From: an uncultured virus (IMG/VR IMGVR_UViG_3300033074_000747)
Lineage: Duplodnaviria > Heunggongvirae > Uroviricota > Caudoviricetes
DNA length: 37,456 nucleotides
Virus record (IMG/VR): IMGVR_UViG_3300033074_000747
Strand: one strand, 5' to 3'
The first letter of the stretch is position 1, and every line of letters starts with the position of its first letter. Shown here one piece after another: positions 1 through 8,387 of this stretch. The position numbers were made by a program, and so were the translations under genes. The notes below the pieces were generated by a model, which made no database searches, was not told where the DNA came from, and saw nothing but the letters and a program-made list of their open reading frames with translations.

Positions 1-93
1 AACCCCGCGATCCATGCTGACGAGTTGGAACTCGCAGCTATGTTCGCCGAGGGTTTCCAGGCCGGCATCGGCTACCAGGAGAGGAGCAAGTAA
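1..93 (+). CDS. 3' end of a hypothetical protein (truncated by window edge)
   Basis: Frame 1 is open from base 1 (NPAIHADELELAAMFAEGFQAGIGYQERSK) to TAA at 91-93; its end contains the GAGGAG RBS of the next gene. Confidence 0.6.
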   Translation, partial: NPAIHADELELAAMFAEGFQAGIGYQERSK

Positions 94-96
94 CCG

Positions 97-306
97 ATGA
101 GCTACGTCATCCAGCGGGTTCTCGGGGTCGGCGGGTTCGCCGCCCGCTCCGGGGACCGGTGGGTGCTCACCACCCGCCTCACCGATGCCACCCGGTTCAA
201 CAGCCGGGAGGAGGCAGCCCAGATCATCCACCAGAAGTTCAAGGGGGCCGAGGGACTCACCGCCGTCGCACTGGGGTGGGCCGAGGCCCTGGTCGAGAAG
301 TCTTAA
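97..306 (+). CDS. small hypothetical phage protein (69 aa)
   Basis: ATG preceded by GGAGAGGAG; GC3-rich codons; operon-like spacing. Confidence 0.7.
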   Translation: MSYVIQRVLGVGGFAARSGDRWVLTTRLTDATRFNSREEAAQIIHQKFKGAEGLTAVALGWAEALVEKS

Positions 307-325
307 CTACCAATCAGGAGCAAAC

Positions 326-538
326 ATGTACCATACGTCAACGAGCCGATCCGCCGTCGGCACCAACATCACTGACAATCCGTGCCTGTGCGGCCGTCCG
401 GGGTACTGCCCCGTTCACGGCACCTACGAGACCACCGCCGACCGAGAGGCACTGAGCCTCACGCCAAGGTCCGCAGGCATCCAGCGCCGTCCGGCCGGAG
501 GAGGGTTCCGGATCATCCGAGAGCGGCACTACGAATAG
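326..538 (+). CDS. small hypothetical protein with CxC-x5-CxxH putative Zn site (70 aa)
   Basis: AGGAG RBS at 316-320, ATG at 326 (internal to track ORF 185..538); CLCGRPGYCPVH motif. Confidence 0.55.
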   Translation: MYHTSTSRSAVGTNITDNPCLCGRPGYCPVHGTYETTADREALSLTPRSAGIQRRPAGGGFRIIRERHYE

Positions 539-546
539 GCCGAGAG

Positions 547-552
547 TATAAT
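547..552 (+). promoter_or_regulatory. candidate -10 element (TATAAT)
   Basis: Exact TATAAT in an AT-rich intergenic gap upstream of the GGAGGT RBS of 602..1111; no canonical -35 seen. Confidence 0.45.
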
Positions 553-601
553 AGGTAGTTTTATTCCGCACCCCATCACCATTAACATAGGAGGTTATCT
601 C

Positions 602-1111
602 GTGTCCTACAACTGTCAAGTGTGCCACGTCCATGTCCCTCCCCGATGCCCCCGGCGGACCTACGCCGTCCAGAGAGACCTGGGAAACCGAACGGAGATC
701 GAGCGGGAGATCCCTGTGTGCCTAGGCTGCTCGCTACTCCTGGAGGGCGGCATCCCCCTGGCGGTCCTTCAGCGGCGCCACGGGCCGCCACCCCGACGAA
801 CGGCACCGGCCCTACCCCCAGGGGGAGCACAGCCCCGGCGCAGGATCAAGTTCCGTCGGTACCGGGAGGACCCCAACGCCACGGTCCTGGTCGAGCCAAG
901 ATCAGAGACCAAGGTAGTGGTTGCTTCGCCACCTGCTCCCAAGCCTGCCCCGGTGTTCTTCCAGCCCACCGTGGTGAAGAAGCCTCTCCCTGCCGATGGG
1001 CGAGAGGGTAAGAGGAAGACAGCCCCCCGATGCGAGCGGTGCCGCAAGGTGATCACCGGCCTGGTCGCTGCCGCTGGCGGCCGGGTCTGCGTTAAGTGCC
1101 AATCCAAGTGA
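602..1111 (+). CDS. double zinc-finger protein (169 aa)
   Basis: GGAGGT RBS + GTG; N-terminal CQVC...CLGC and C-terminal CERC...CVKC pairs joined by a Pro/Lys-rich linker. Confidence 0.7.
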   Translation: MSYNCQVCHVHVPPRCPRRTYAVQRDLGNRTEIEREIPVCLGCSLLLEGGIPLAVLQRRHGPPPRRTAPALPPGGAQPRRRIKFRRYREDPNATVLVEPRSETKVVVASPPAPKPAPVFFQPTVVKKPLPADGREGKRKTAPRCERCRKVITGLVAAAGGRVCVKCQSK

Positions 1112-1163
1112 CCCCTCTATCGCGCCCTCTGATCACCCAGCGGAGGGCAACTAGAGCGGCCAG
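1109..1163 (+). repeat. intergenic hairpin element A, copy 1
   Basis: TGAC-CC-CTCTA-TCG-[inner stem GCCCTC/GAGGGC]-AAC-TAGAG-CGGCCA, starting at a stop codon. Confidence 0.7.
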
Positions 1164-1202
1164 ACTTTCTGACCGTGAGTTCTAATCCAAAAGAGGTGAG
1201 CT

Positions 1203-1442
1203 ATGTCCGTTCCCAAGAGTGTTGAGGGTCGTCATCGTCGCCGTCGCCGTTACATTGACGCTATCGATCCGTTGCGTCAGCGCTACAGCTGCACGGCAGC
1301 GCAGGTCTATTCCAACGTCATGTCCGAGTTGAATGCGGCGGATTCCCGTGCCAGTCAGATGGAGACGGCACTGAACAAGGCAAATGAGGAGACGGATCAG
1401 GTCAAAATGGAGCTGCTGAAGTTGCGAGCGTCGATCAAGTAA
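1203..1442 (+). CDS. small basic coiled-coil protein (79 aa)
   Basis: GAGGTG RBS; Arg-rich N-terminus and heptad-like C-terminus. Confidence 0.7.
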   Translation: MSVPKSVEGRHRRRRRYIDAIDPLRQRYSCTAAQVYSNVMSELNAADSRASQMETALNKANEETDQVKMELLKLRASIK

Positions 1443-1443
1443 C

Positions 1444-1496
1444 TGACCCCTCTATCGGCCCCACCTCGCCCAGGGGTGGGGGATTAGAGCGGCCAG
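1444..1496 (+). repeat. intergenic hairpin element A, copy 2
   Basis: TGAC-CC-CTCTA-TCG-[CCCCAC/GTGGGG]-GAT-TAGAG-CGGCCA directly after the stop codon. Confidence 0.7.
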
Positions 1497-1554
1497 GCGG
1501 TATTCCAGCCTCAGTAAGATGCTGTCGACCTGACCCCTAGAGGAGTAAGCGACA

Positions 1555-3555
1555 ATGGCAAAGTCAAATGCGAAAGTAGTAACCAAGAAACCAGTTCCGC
1601 AGAAGGGGACCAAACCGGCCCCTAAGAAGCGAACGGACCCGGTGGCCGACGACACCCTGGAGCTGGTCTACCCCAACCGGCACTATGTCATGTTCGGGGA
1701 CTTCGAGGGGGCCGACCAGCCCCCGTTCACGGCCGACAACGCCAAGCTGCTGCTCGGCTGGGAGGGTGAGACCAAGCCGGACAAGGACGGGAAGGGTGGG
1801 GTGAGCTTCGGCGGGGACGCGATGAGCACCGACATGTTCGGCCTCAAGTTCCGCTGCACCCACAACATCTCCAATCGGCCGTTCGACCGCCGCCGGTCAA
1901 TGCAGTACGCCCAGGACGTGCTCTGCCGCCGATGGAAGTTCAACCTGGAGCCGATGATCATCGGCAAGCACGGCAACGTCGTGTCGGCCCAGCACCGGCT
2001 CACCGGCCTGGTGTTCGCCTACCAGCTCTGGAGCGACGACAGCCCTCAGCACCTCTACTGGCAGGAACTCTGGCCCAAGGATAAGTACCCGGACGGTCCG
2101 ACCATCGAGTGCACGGTGGCGTTCGGCTGCGACGAGGACGCGGAGACCGTGAGGACCATCGACAACGTGATGCCGCGTACCCTGGCGGACGTCCTGTTCA
2201 CGATGGGCTGCATGGCCGACATCGCTCGGAGCGACCGCAAGGAGGTCTGCCGCATGGTTGACTACGCGATCCGGCTGCTGTGGCACCGGACCAAGATGGA
2301 TGACGACGCCTACCGGCCGAACATGTCCCACAGCGAGGCGATCGACTTCATCGAGCGTCATCCCACTGTGCTCAACGCGGTGAAGGACATCCACGTTCAG
2401 AACAAGGAGGGTGGTATCACCAAGTTCTTCAAGGCCCCAGGCACTGCGGCAGGACTGCTCTACCTCATGGGCTGCTCCGGAGTGACCGGCGACCGCAACG
2501 CCAAGAACCAGCTCATCAAGTACGCCGACGGGATGGACGGCCACGTGTCCACCGAGATGACGTTCAAGAAGGGAGGCTGGGAGAGGTACGACCAGGCCTG
2601 CAACTACTGGTCGATGTTGATCACGAGCCACACCAAGGTCATGGAGGTCCGGACCGCCCTGGCCAACCTGGTGAACTCCGACACCGGAGAGCCGGACCTG
2701 CGGAAGGACACCAGCGCGGCCCGGTCCGCCATCATCATCAAGGGATGGAACGCCTTCATCGAGAAGGGCAAGGTAACGGCCGAGGACGTCGAGTTGAAGT
2801 GGGGTTACAAGCACGACCGACCGGTGCTCAACAGTTGGCCCGAGCTGGGTGGCATCGACGCTGGTGAGCCAGGCGGAGAGGAGCCGCTCGACGACGAGCC
2901 GAGCAGCGACACTCCCGACGAGAACGAGATCGAAGAGCGCAAGGAGCGGGTAGCTCGGGAGAAGATGAACGGCACCAAGAAGGCCCTGGACGCTCACCGC
3001 GAGAAGCAGGAGGCCAGCGTGGCAGCCCAGAAGCGGGTATGGGATGAGCTCAAGCTGGACAACCCTGGCGTCGTCCTCCTCTTCAAGATCAGGGGCAAGG
3101 ACGGCGTCGACAAGTTGCGTGCGTACTGGAGTGACGCCGACACCGTGGCCGAGCCGACCGCCGCCGAGGTTCAGCAGGTGATGGGGGCATCAGCAGTTAC
3201 CTACCTGTACTCTGACAAAGATGAGGTGGTTAGGCAACTGCTGGGGGCTGGCATTCGGGTGGCCCTGGTCGAGGAGACCGATGATGGGCCGAAGGCCACG
3301 CGGATCAACGCCGCGTCCGATCCGAGCGAGCCAGCTGCTGAGCAGGAGGACGACTCCGAGTCCAAGCCATCGCGAGGAGCGCCACGGCCGAGGGGCAACA
3401 AACGGGACTACGCCACCCAGGCCCAGGCAGAGCAGGCGGCACGTCAGGAGGAGTACGCACGGCTCGACGCCGAGAAGCGGGAGGCTGCGAAGAAGGAAGC
3501 CGAGTCGCAGCCCCGCCCCAAGCCCAAGAAGCGACCGACTCCCATCAATAAGTAG
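1555..3555 (+). CDS. ParB/DGQHR-like domain protein with C-terminal MutS domain I-like region (666 aa)
   Basis: NRPF..R..QYAQDV...W.FN.EP.I..K.G.VVSAQHRL resembles the phage ParB-like (DGQHR) N-domain. K..NPGVVLLFK...Y..DA..VA.....VVRQLLGAGIRVALVE resembles MutS_I. GAGGAG RBS. Confidence 0.6.
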   Translation: MAKSNAKVVTKKPVPQKGTKPAPKKRTDPVADDTLELVYPNRHYVMFGDFEGADQPPFTADNAKLLLGWEGETKPDKDGKGGVSFGGDAMSTDMFGLKFRCTHNISNRPFDRRRSMQYAQDVLCRRWKFNLEPMIIGKHGNVVSAQHRLTGLVFAYQLWSDDSPQHLYWQELWPKDKYPDGPTIECTVAFGCDEDAETVRTIDNVMPRTLADVLFTMGCMADIARSDRKEVCRMVDYAIRLLWHRTKMDDDAYRPNMSHSEAIDFIERHPTVLNAVKDIHVQNKEGGITKFFKAPGTAAGLLYLMGCSGVTGDRNAKNQLIKYADGMDGHVSTEMTFKKGGWERYDQACNYWSMLITSHTKVMEVRTALANLVNSDTGEPDLRKDTSAARSAIIIKGWNAFIEKGKVTAEDVELKWGYKHDRPVLNSWPELGGIDAGEPGGEEPLDDEPSSDTPDENEIEERKERVAREKMNGTKKALDAHREKQEASVAAQKRVWDELKLDNPGVVLLFKIRGKDGVDKLRAYWSDADTVAEPTAAEVQQVMGASAVTYLYSDKDEVVRQLLGAGIRVALVEETDDGPKATRINAASDPSEPAAEQEDDSESKPSRGAPRPRGNKRDYATQAQAEQAARQEEYARLDAEKREAAKKEAESQPRPKPKKRPTPINK

Positions 3556-3564
3556 TTAGCTGAC

Positions 3565-3623
3565 TGACTTCCCCATCGTCCCCTCCCGCTACCGCCCGAG
3601 CGCGAGGGGGATTGGGGCAGCCA
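3565..3623 (+). repeat. intergenic hairpin element A, copy 3
   Basis: TGAC-TT-CCCCA-TCG-[CCCCTC/GAGGGG]-GAT-TGGGG-CAGCCA; outer stem shows compensatory changes relative to copies 1-2. Confidence 0.65.
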
Positions 3624-3691
3624 TTCGGGATGTTCCCCTGGCATTTCGCCGGGGGGCCGAGCGGTGTCCGCAAGTCGAGAAGGATGAAGTC

Positions 3692-6379
3692 ATGAAGAAG
3701 AATGAGATCAAGATCGGCAAGCACTACACGATCAAGGTCGGCAACAAGATCGTTCCTATCCGCGTCAAGGACGTCTCCTCCCAGGGCCACTACCAGGTCA
3801 GTATCGTCGGTGGAGACGAGGAATTGACGTTGCGCTCTGCCCTTCGATTCCGCAAGCCCATCACCAAGAAGCAGGCCGTCGACATGGCTCGCGGCAAGGT
3901 GACCGAGGCACAGCTGTTCCCACCTCCTGACGACGGTGAAGTTCGTCAGGTGGGGATGGATGGAAAGACCTACGCCATGTCAAGCGGGGATGCCGAGGCA
4001 GTTCCGGTATCGGAGGGTGAGCAAGGCTCGGACCCTATGTCTGCCCCGAATGCGGGAGACCACCAGGTCAAGGTCGATATGACTGTCCCGAGCAAGTCTG
4101 CACCCGCCAAAGAGCGGCAGCAAGAGGAACGGATGGTCCCCCAATCCACGGCTCAGAGTGGATCTGTGGAAGATGTGGAGGAGTCCACCCACCTGGGAAA
4201 TGCACCGGTCCTCGGCAGCCTATTCGGTGAGACGTTTGCCGAAAGATACGGTTCAGAGGAATCTGGTATGCCCAAGCCGCCCACCAAGACCCAAACCTAC
4301 GACGGCATCAAGAAGAGGTTCAGCGAGGTCGGTAAATATGAAGTCGCGGACGCCGAGGCTGTTCCAGTATCGGAGGGTGAGGATAGCCCGGACCCTATGC
4401 CAGCCAGTGCCCCCGCTGTGGAGTCTGGAGAGGGGGGCTGTACGGCCCTGGATGCGTCTGCAACTCATTCGGTGGCCCCAAACCCTGAGTGGTGTACCGA
4501 TGAGGAACCTGACTGCTGCGAGGGTGAGCCGGGAGAACTCTGCTCGGCCTGCGGCAAGCAGATTCCATACACCTGCGCCGGTTGTGGCAAGCCTATCCAG
4601 GTGGTCCTCGACGACCCCCAGCCTACCAACTACCATCTGAAGTGCCGGCCGTCCAAGAGCGTTCTCGGTCAGAAGCTCAAGGAGCGGATCGAGCGTCAAG
4701 CCAACGAGCCGCACCTCATCGTCAAGGCACGGGCAGGCACGGGGAAGACCACCACGCTGATCTGTGCCCTCCAGGTGCTTCGGGGTCAGGAGCCTACCGA
4801 CGCGAAGGGACGGCCGATCACCCCCAGCCCGCAGCAGAAGGCCGTCTGGGACGCCGTGGCCCAGTCTCCAAGCAACTCCAGCGTGTGCTTCGTAGCATTC
4901 AACCGGAGCATCGCCGACGAGCTTCGCCGCCGAGTTCCTCCGGGATGCGACGCCATGACGATGCACTCCATGGGGCTCAAGGCGGTGATGGCCGCTTTCC
5001 CTGAACTGCGGGGCAAGAAGCTCAACGAGTACCGCACCCAGGACCTGATCGAGGAGCTGACCGGCCGTGACATCCGCGAGCTAAGAAAGGCACAGCCCAC
5101 CTTCGTCTCGGCGACGGCCAAGCTGGTCGAACTATGCAAGATGAACCTTATCAACGAGCCAGACACAACCGCACTGTCTGAGCTGGCCTCCTACTACGAC
5201 ATCGACATGGAGGGGACCAACCAACAGCAGGTGTTCGACCTAGTGCCTCGCATCATGGAACGATGCCGCGATCCTCTGGCCGGAGGAATGATCGACTACG
5301 CCGACATGATCTGGATGCCCGTGGTCCTCGGCCTTCCCGTCACCAAGTACGACATCCTGTTCGGCGACGAGGTTCAGGACTGGAACCGATGCCAGCAGGC
5401 CCTCGCCAAGATGGCCGGTCGTCGGCTGGTCCTCTGCGGCGACGAGAAGCAGGCCATCTACGGGTTCGCCGGAGCGGACAGCAAGAGCATGACACGGATG
5501 GCGAAGGAGTTGAGCGGGGGCCAATGTCTGAGATGTGGTACGGGCGGGGTGTGGTTTGACTCAAAGTCCGAAGAGGCCGAGGGCCACTCAGTCTACTGCC
5601 CTGGATGCCGTGATGCGGCTCAAACAAATTGTATCGTGCTACCGCTCACCGTTACCCGCCGTTGCGGCAAGGCCATCGTCGCCGAGGCCCGGAAGATCGT
5701 GCCGGACTTCGAGGCCCACGAGTCCAACCCCGAGGGCAAGATCAGTGAGGCCCGATACCCCACCGCCAAGGACCGGCAGGAGCTGCCCTGGGAGAAGACA
5801 TACTGCGCCCAGGTGCGGGAGGGTGACTTCATCCTATGCCGGGTGAACGCCCCGCTGGTGTCTCAGTGCTTCCGGTTCCTCCGCCGCGGCATCAAGGCCA
5901 ACATCCAGGGGAGGGACGTCGGGGCCGGTCTGATCAACACGGTCAAGCGGCTGATGAAGTCCTACGAGGACGACCCTCAATGGGGGCCGGTTCCCGCCCT
6001 CATCGGCAAGCTGGATGACTGGCGGAGTCAGGAGACCGCGAAGGAGAACGCCAAGCGGAACCCGAGCGAGTCCAAGCTGATCGGCATCCAGGATCGCTAC
6101 GAGTGCCTGTGCTGCTTCTGTGAGGACCAGACCAGTGTGTCAGGAGTGATCCGCAAGATCGAGTCCATCTTCACGGATGACAAGAACGGCACCGGCATCC
6201 GCCTCAGCAGCGTCCACAAGGCCAAGGGGCTGGAGGCCCGACGGGTGTTCTTCTTGATGCCCGAGGGCTGCGGCTGCCCGCATCCGATGGCGAAGAGCGC
6301 CTGGCAGCGGGAGCAGGAGATGAACTGCCTATACATCGGGATCACCAGGGCCATCGAGGAGCTGGTGTTCGTGTACTGA
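3692..6379 (+). CDS. SF1 UvrD/Rep-like DNA helicase with long N-terminal extension and Zn-ribbon insertions (895 aa)
   Basis: Motifs I ARAGTGKTT, Ia AFNRSIA, Ib TMHS, II DEVQD, III GDEKQAIYGFAGA, IV LTVTRRC, V SVHKAKGLE, VI EMNCLYIGITRA, in order. Confidence 0.93.
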   Translation: MKKNEIKIGKHYTIKVGNKIVPIRVKDVSSQGHYQVSIVGGDEELTLRSALRFRKPITKKQAVDMARGKVTEAQLFPPPDDGEVRQVGMDGKTYAMSSGDAEAVPVSEGEQGSDPMSAPNAGDHQVKVDMTVPSKSAPAKERQQEERMVPQSTAQSGSVEDVEESTHLGNAPVLGSLFGETFAERYGSEESGMPKPPTKTQTYDGIKKRFSEVGKYEVADAEAVPVSEGEDSPDPMPASAPAVESGEGGCTALDASATHSVAPNPEWCTDEEPDCCEGEPGELCSACGKQIPYTCAGCGKPIQVVLDDPQPTNYHLKCRPSKSVLGQKLKERIERQANEPHLIVKARAGTGKTTTLICALQVLRGQEPTDAKGRPITPSPQQKAVWDAVAQSPSNSSVCFVAFNRSIADELRRRVPPGCDAMTMHSMGLKAVMAAFPELRGKKLNEYRTQDLIEELTGRDIRELRKAQPTFVSATAKLVELCKMNLINEPDTTALSELASYYDIDMEGTNQQQVFDLVPRIMERCRDPLAGGMIDYADMIWMPVVLGLPVTKYDILFGDEVQDWNRCQQALAKMAGRRLVLCGDEKQAIYGFAGADSKSMTRMAKELSGGQCLRCGTGGVWFDSKSEEAEGHSVYCPGCRDAAQTNCIVLPLTVTRRCGKAIVAEARKIVPDFEAHESNPEGKISEARYPTAKDRQELPWEKTYCAQVREGDFILCRVNAPLVSQCFRFLRRGIKANIQGRDVGAGLINTVKRLMKSYEDDPQWGPVPALIGKLDDWRSQETAKENAKRNPSESKLIGIQDRYECLCCFCEDQTSVSGVIRKIESIFTDDKNGTGIRLSSVHKAKGLEARRVFFLMPEGCGCPHPMAKSAWQREQEMNCLYIGITRAIEELVFVY
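3989..4399 (+). repeat. two 51-nt direct repeats (3989-4039, 4349-4399) in the helicase 5' region
   Basis: DAEAVPVSEGExx(S/P)DPM twice, 360 nt apart, 44/51 nt identical by hand alignment. Confidence 0.9.
4033..4230 (+). other. start-less -1 frame ORF encoding two Zn-finger motifs (candidate frameshift product 1)
   Basis: PYVCPECGRPPGQGRYDCPEQVCTRQRAAARGTDGPPIHGSEWICGRCGGVHPPGKCTGPRQPIR*; bounded upstream by TGA at 4018-4020. Confidence 0.6.
4393..4488 (+). other. start-less -1 frame ORF encoding a Cys4 motif (candidate frameshift product 2)
   Basis: PYASQCPRCGVWRGGLYGPGCVCNSFGGPKP*; bounded upstream by TGA 4378-4380 and TAG 4384-4386. Confidence 0.55.
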
Positions 6380-6393
6380 TCAACCAACCAACC

Positions 6394-6424
6394 GGGGGCC
6401 GCGCATCCGGGTGAACACGCGGAC
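6394..6424 (+). repeat. intergenic hairpin element B, copy 1
   Basis: GGGGGCCGCGCATCC-GGGTGAA-CACGCGGAC (CCGCG/CGCGG stem) after the helicase stop. Confidence 0.75.
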
Positions 6425-6461
6425 TTGTAACCTATCGCCGTACCACAGAGGAGAAAATAAC

Positions 6462-6737
6462 ATGTTCGTAGTTGTGCAAAAAGGTATATACCGCCACTCG
6501 ATATGGGGCGTATGTAATACCATCGAAGACGCAAAGAAATTGGCTGAGCGTCAAATACTGGAGGAGGAAGACGACTATCACACGGCCGACATAGTCGAGT
6601 TCGATGAGGTCAACCAGAGAGAATTGGAGGTAGTTGCGAGTTTAACGAGGAAAGATAACTGCCGTTACGAATGGACAAATTCGGTCATGAAGAGGGTGTT
6701 CAACGGCGAATCAAAACTAGAATGGATGTCAATATAA
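6462..6737 (+). CDS. hypothetical protein, lower GC (91 aa)
   Basis: GAGGAG RBS + ATG 6462 (MFVVVQKGIY...GV.NTIEDAKK), a common small phage beta-beta-alpha pattern; many A/T-ending codons. Confidence 0.7.
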   Translation: MFVVVQKGIYRHSIWGVCNTIEDAKKLAERQILEEEDDYHTADIVEFDEVNQRELEVVASLTRKDNCRYEWTNSVMKRVFNGESKLEWMSI

Positions 6738-6770
6738 CTATTCTGATCCACTAACGACAGGAGCAATATC

Positions 6771-8363
6771 ATGAAGCCGACCATCAATGCAATGTCATCC
6801 CAGACCGACGAGGGATACCAGCAGCTTGAGGACCTGGTCCGAGTACGCGTAGCCCAGGCTGGTCCTCCGCTGTTCACCACGGCAGACCCTTCTGGCGACG
6901 AGGGACTGTTCGGGATCTTCCTTCGGCACCTGCCGGAGGATCGCCGCCAGCACTACAACTGTCACTGCTGCCGAAGGTTCATCAACACCTACGGCGGGCT
7001 GGTCACCATCGACGACCGAGGCCATGTTAGCCCTCTGATATGGGTCCACGAGTCCGACGCCAGTGTGCCGGAGTTCTTTGCGCTGGCCAACAGCGCGCTG
7101 TATCGCTACGTCGCCAGTGCCAAGGTCACCGGGGTTTTCTATTGGAACTCTACCACATGGGGTACGCCCCGAACGGGTGAGTGGACGCACCTGTCAGGAG
7201 AGGTGCCCGTAGCCCCTCGTCTCGGTCTGAAGACCCCAGGTCAGTTGACCGCCGAGAAGCTGGAGGATTACAAGATGCTGAAGATCGCCATATCCGAATA
7301 CAACCTGCCCCTGGTCCAGCAGGCTGTTCGCATCCTAGAGTCCGACACGCTCGACCGATCAGAGAAGACCCTTGGGGTAGCCCAGTTCTTCCTTGAACTC
7401 CACCAGGCTATTCGCAACGGCAGCAAAACCCAGCGGGACAACCTGTTCTGGCGAGCGGCGGCGTTGGCCCCTCCGGGGTTCGCACACGTACGGTCGTCCA
7501 TGATCGGTACGCTGCTGGACGACCTGAAGAGTGGCGGGGACATCGAGGGCATCAAGCGCAGGTGGTCCGCCAAGATGCACCCGCTCCAGTACCAGCGACC
7601 GACCGCTCTGAAGGAGGGCAATATTCGGAAGGCCAACGAGGTCGTCGAACGTCTGAACAGCGCTGGCTCACTGGCTCGCCGGTTTGCCAAGCTGGAGGAC
7701 GTCACTTTCCGACTGTGGGAACCGAAGATCAGTAAGCCGGTGACTCCTCCCTCTGGAGGTGGAGCGTTCGACCATCTGACAAGAGCGAGGGCGAACCGAG
7801 GGATCGACCTCCCGGCGGTCACCATGACGTGGTCCAAGTTCGCCAGCACGGTCTTACCCAGGGCTGCCGAGATCGAGATGATGACCCCTACCCAACGGGC
7901 TAACTTCGCCGCGTTGGTGACCGCGGTGAACCCGGACGCGCCGGGGCTGCTCCAGTGGGACAACCACGTCTCGTGGTACCTCTACCACCGGGGGTCCCTG
8001 CCCTCTGTCTGGAATTTAATAGCTGGGTCGTGGGTCAAGGTCAACCTGATCACTCGGCTACCGTGCCACTGGAATCCCGACGTTCCTGGGGACCACCACG
8101 GCGACGGAGCCATCTTGATTCTCGATGGATGCCGAGACCTCCGCCACGAGAAGGGCGGTGGGTGGTTCCCCGAGTGCCTCAAGTCAGAGTACCGGGAGAT
8201 TCGATCGGCCATGGAAGCATTCGCCCAGGATGCGACCATCGCTGGCAAGGACGAGGCAGCGGCCTGCGGCTACCTGATCTCCAAGGGCCAGTCCGCAGAC
8301 GTCACCCTGAGGGTCCAAACCCCTCTGGGCCACGACGTCTACCGCATCGACCGCTGGGATTGA
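6771..8363 (+). CDS. conserved phage protein of unknown function (530 aa)
   Basis: AGGAG RBS; long GC3-rich ORF; RQHYNCHCCRRFI..YGGLV, SSMIGTLL.D and KMHPLQYQRP motifs recalled from an uncharacterised phage/bacterial family. Confidence 0.8.
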   Translation: MKPTINAMSSQTDEGYQQLEDLVRVRVAQAGPPLFTTADPSGDEGLFGIFLRHLPEDRRQHYNCHCCRRFINTYGGLVTIDDRGHVSPLIWVHESDASVPEFFALANSALYRYVASAKVTGVFYWNSTTWGTPRTGEWTHLSGEVPVAPRLGLKTPGQLTAEKLEDYKMLKIAISEYNLPLVQQAVRILESDTLDRSEKTLGVAQFFLELHQAIRNGSKTQRDNLFWRAAALAPPGFAHVRSSMIGTLLDDLKSGGDIEGIKRRWSAKMHPLQYQRPTALKEGNIRKANEVVERLNSAGSLARRFAKLEDVTFRLWEPKISKPVTPPSGGGAFDHLTRARANRGIDLPAVTMTWSKFASTVLPRAAEIEMMTPTQRANFAALVTAVNPDAPGLLQWDNHVSWYLYHRGSLPSVWNLIAGSWVKVNLITRLPCHWNPDVPGDHHGDGAILILDGCRDLRHEKGGGWFPECLKSEYREIRSAMEAFAQDATIAGKDEAAACGYLISKGQSADVTLRVQTPLGHDVYRIDRWD

Positions 8364-8387
8364 TCTGTAACTGAGTCCGACCGAAGA

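Noticed and set aside
1760..1785. GGAGGGTGAG-N6-CCGGAC (EGETKPD) in the ParB-like gene resembling the helicase cassette
   Set aside because: Lacks CCCTA, and the -1 frame downstream shows no Cys motif; treated as coincidence.
1109..3623. Element A as integron attC sites or intrinsic terminators
   Set aside because: No RYYYAAC/GTTRRRY boxes, no integrase in the window, and no U-tract.
5515..5631. Inteins or self-splicing introns as the explanation for the in-frame inserts
   Set aside because: Inserts are far too short and lack C/S...HN termini or group I/II features.
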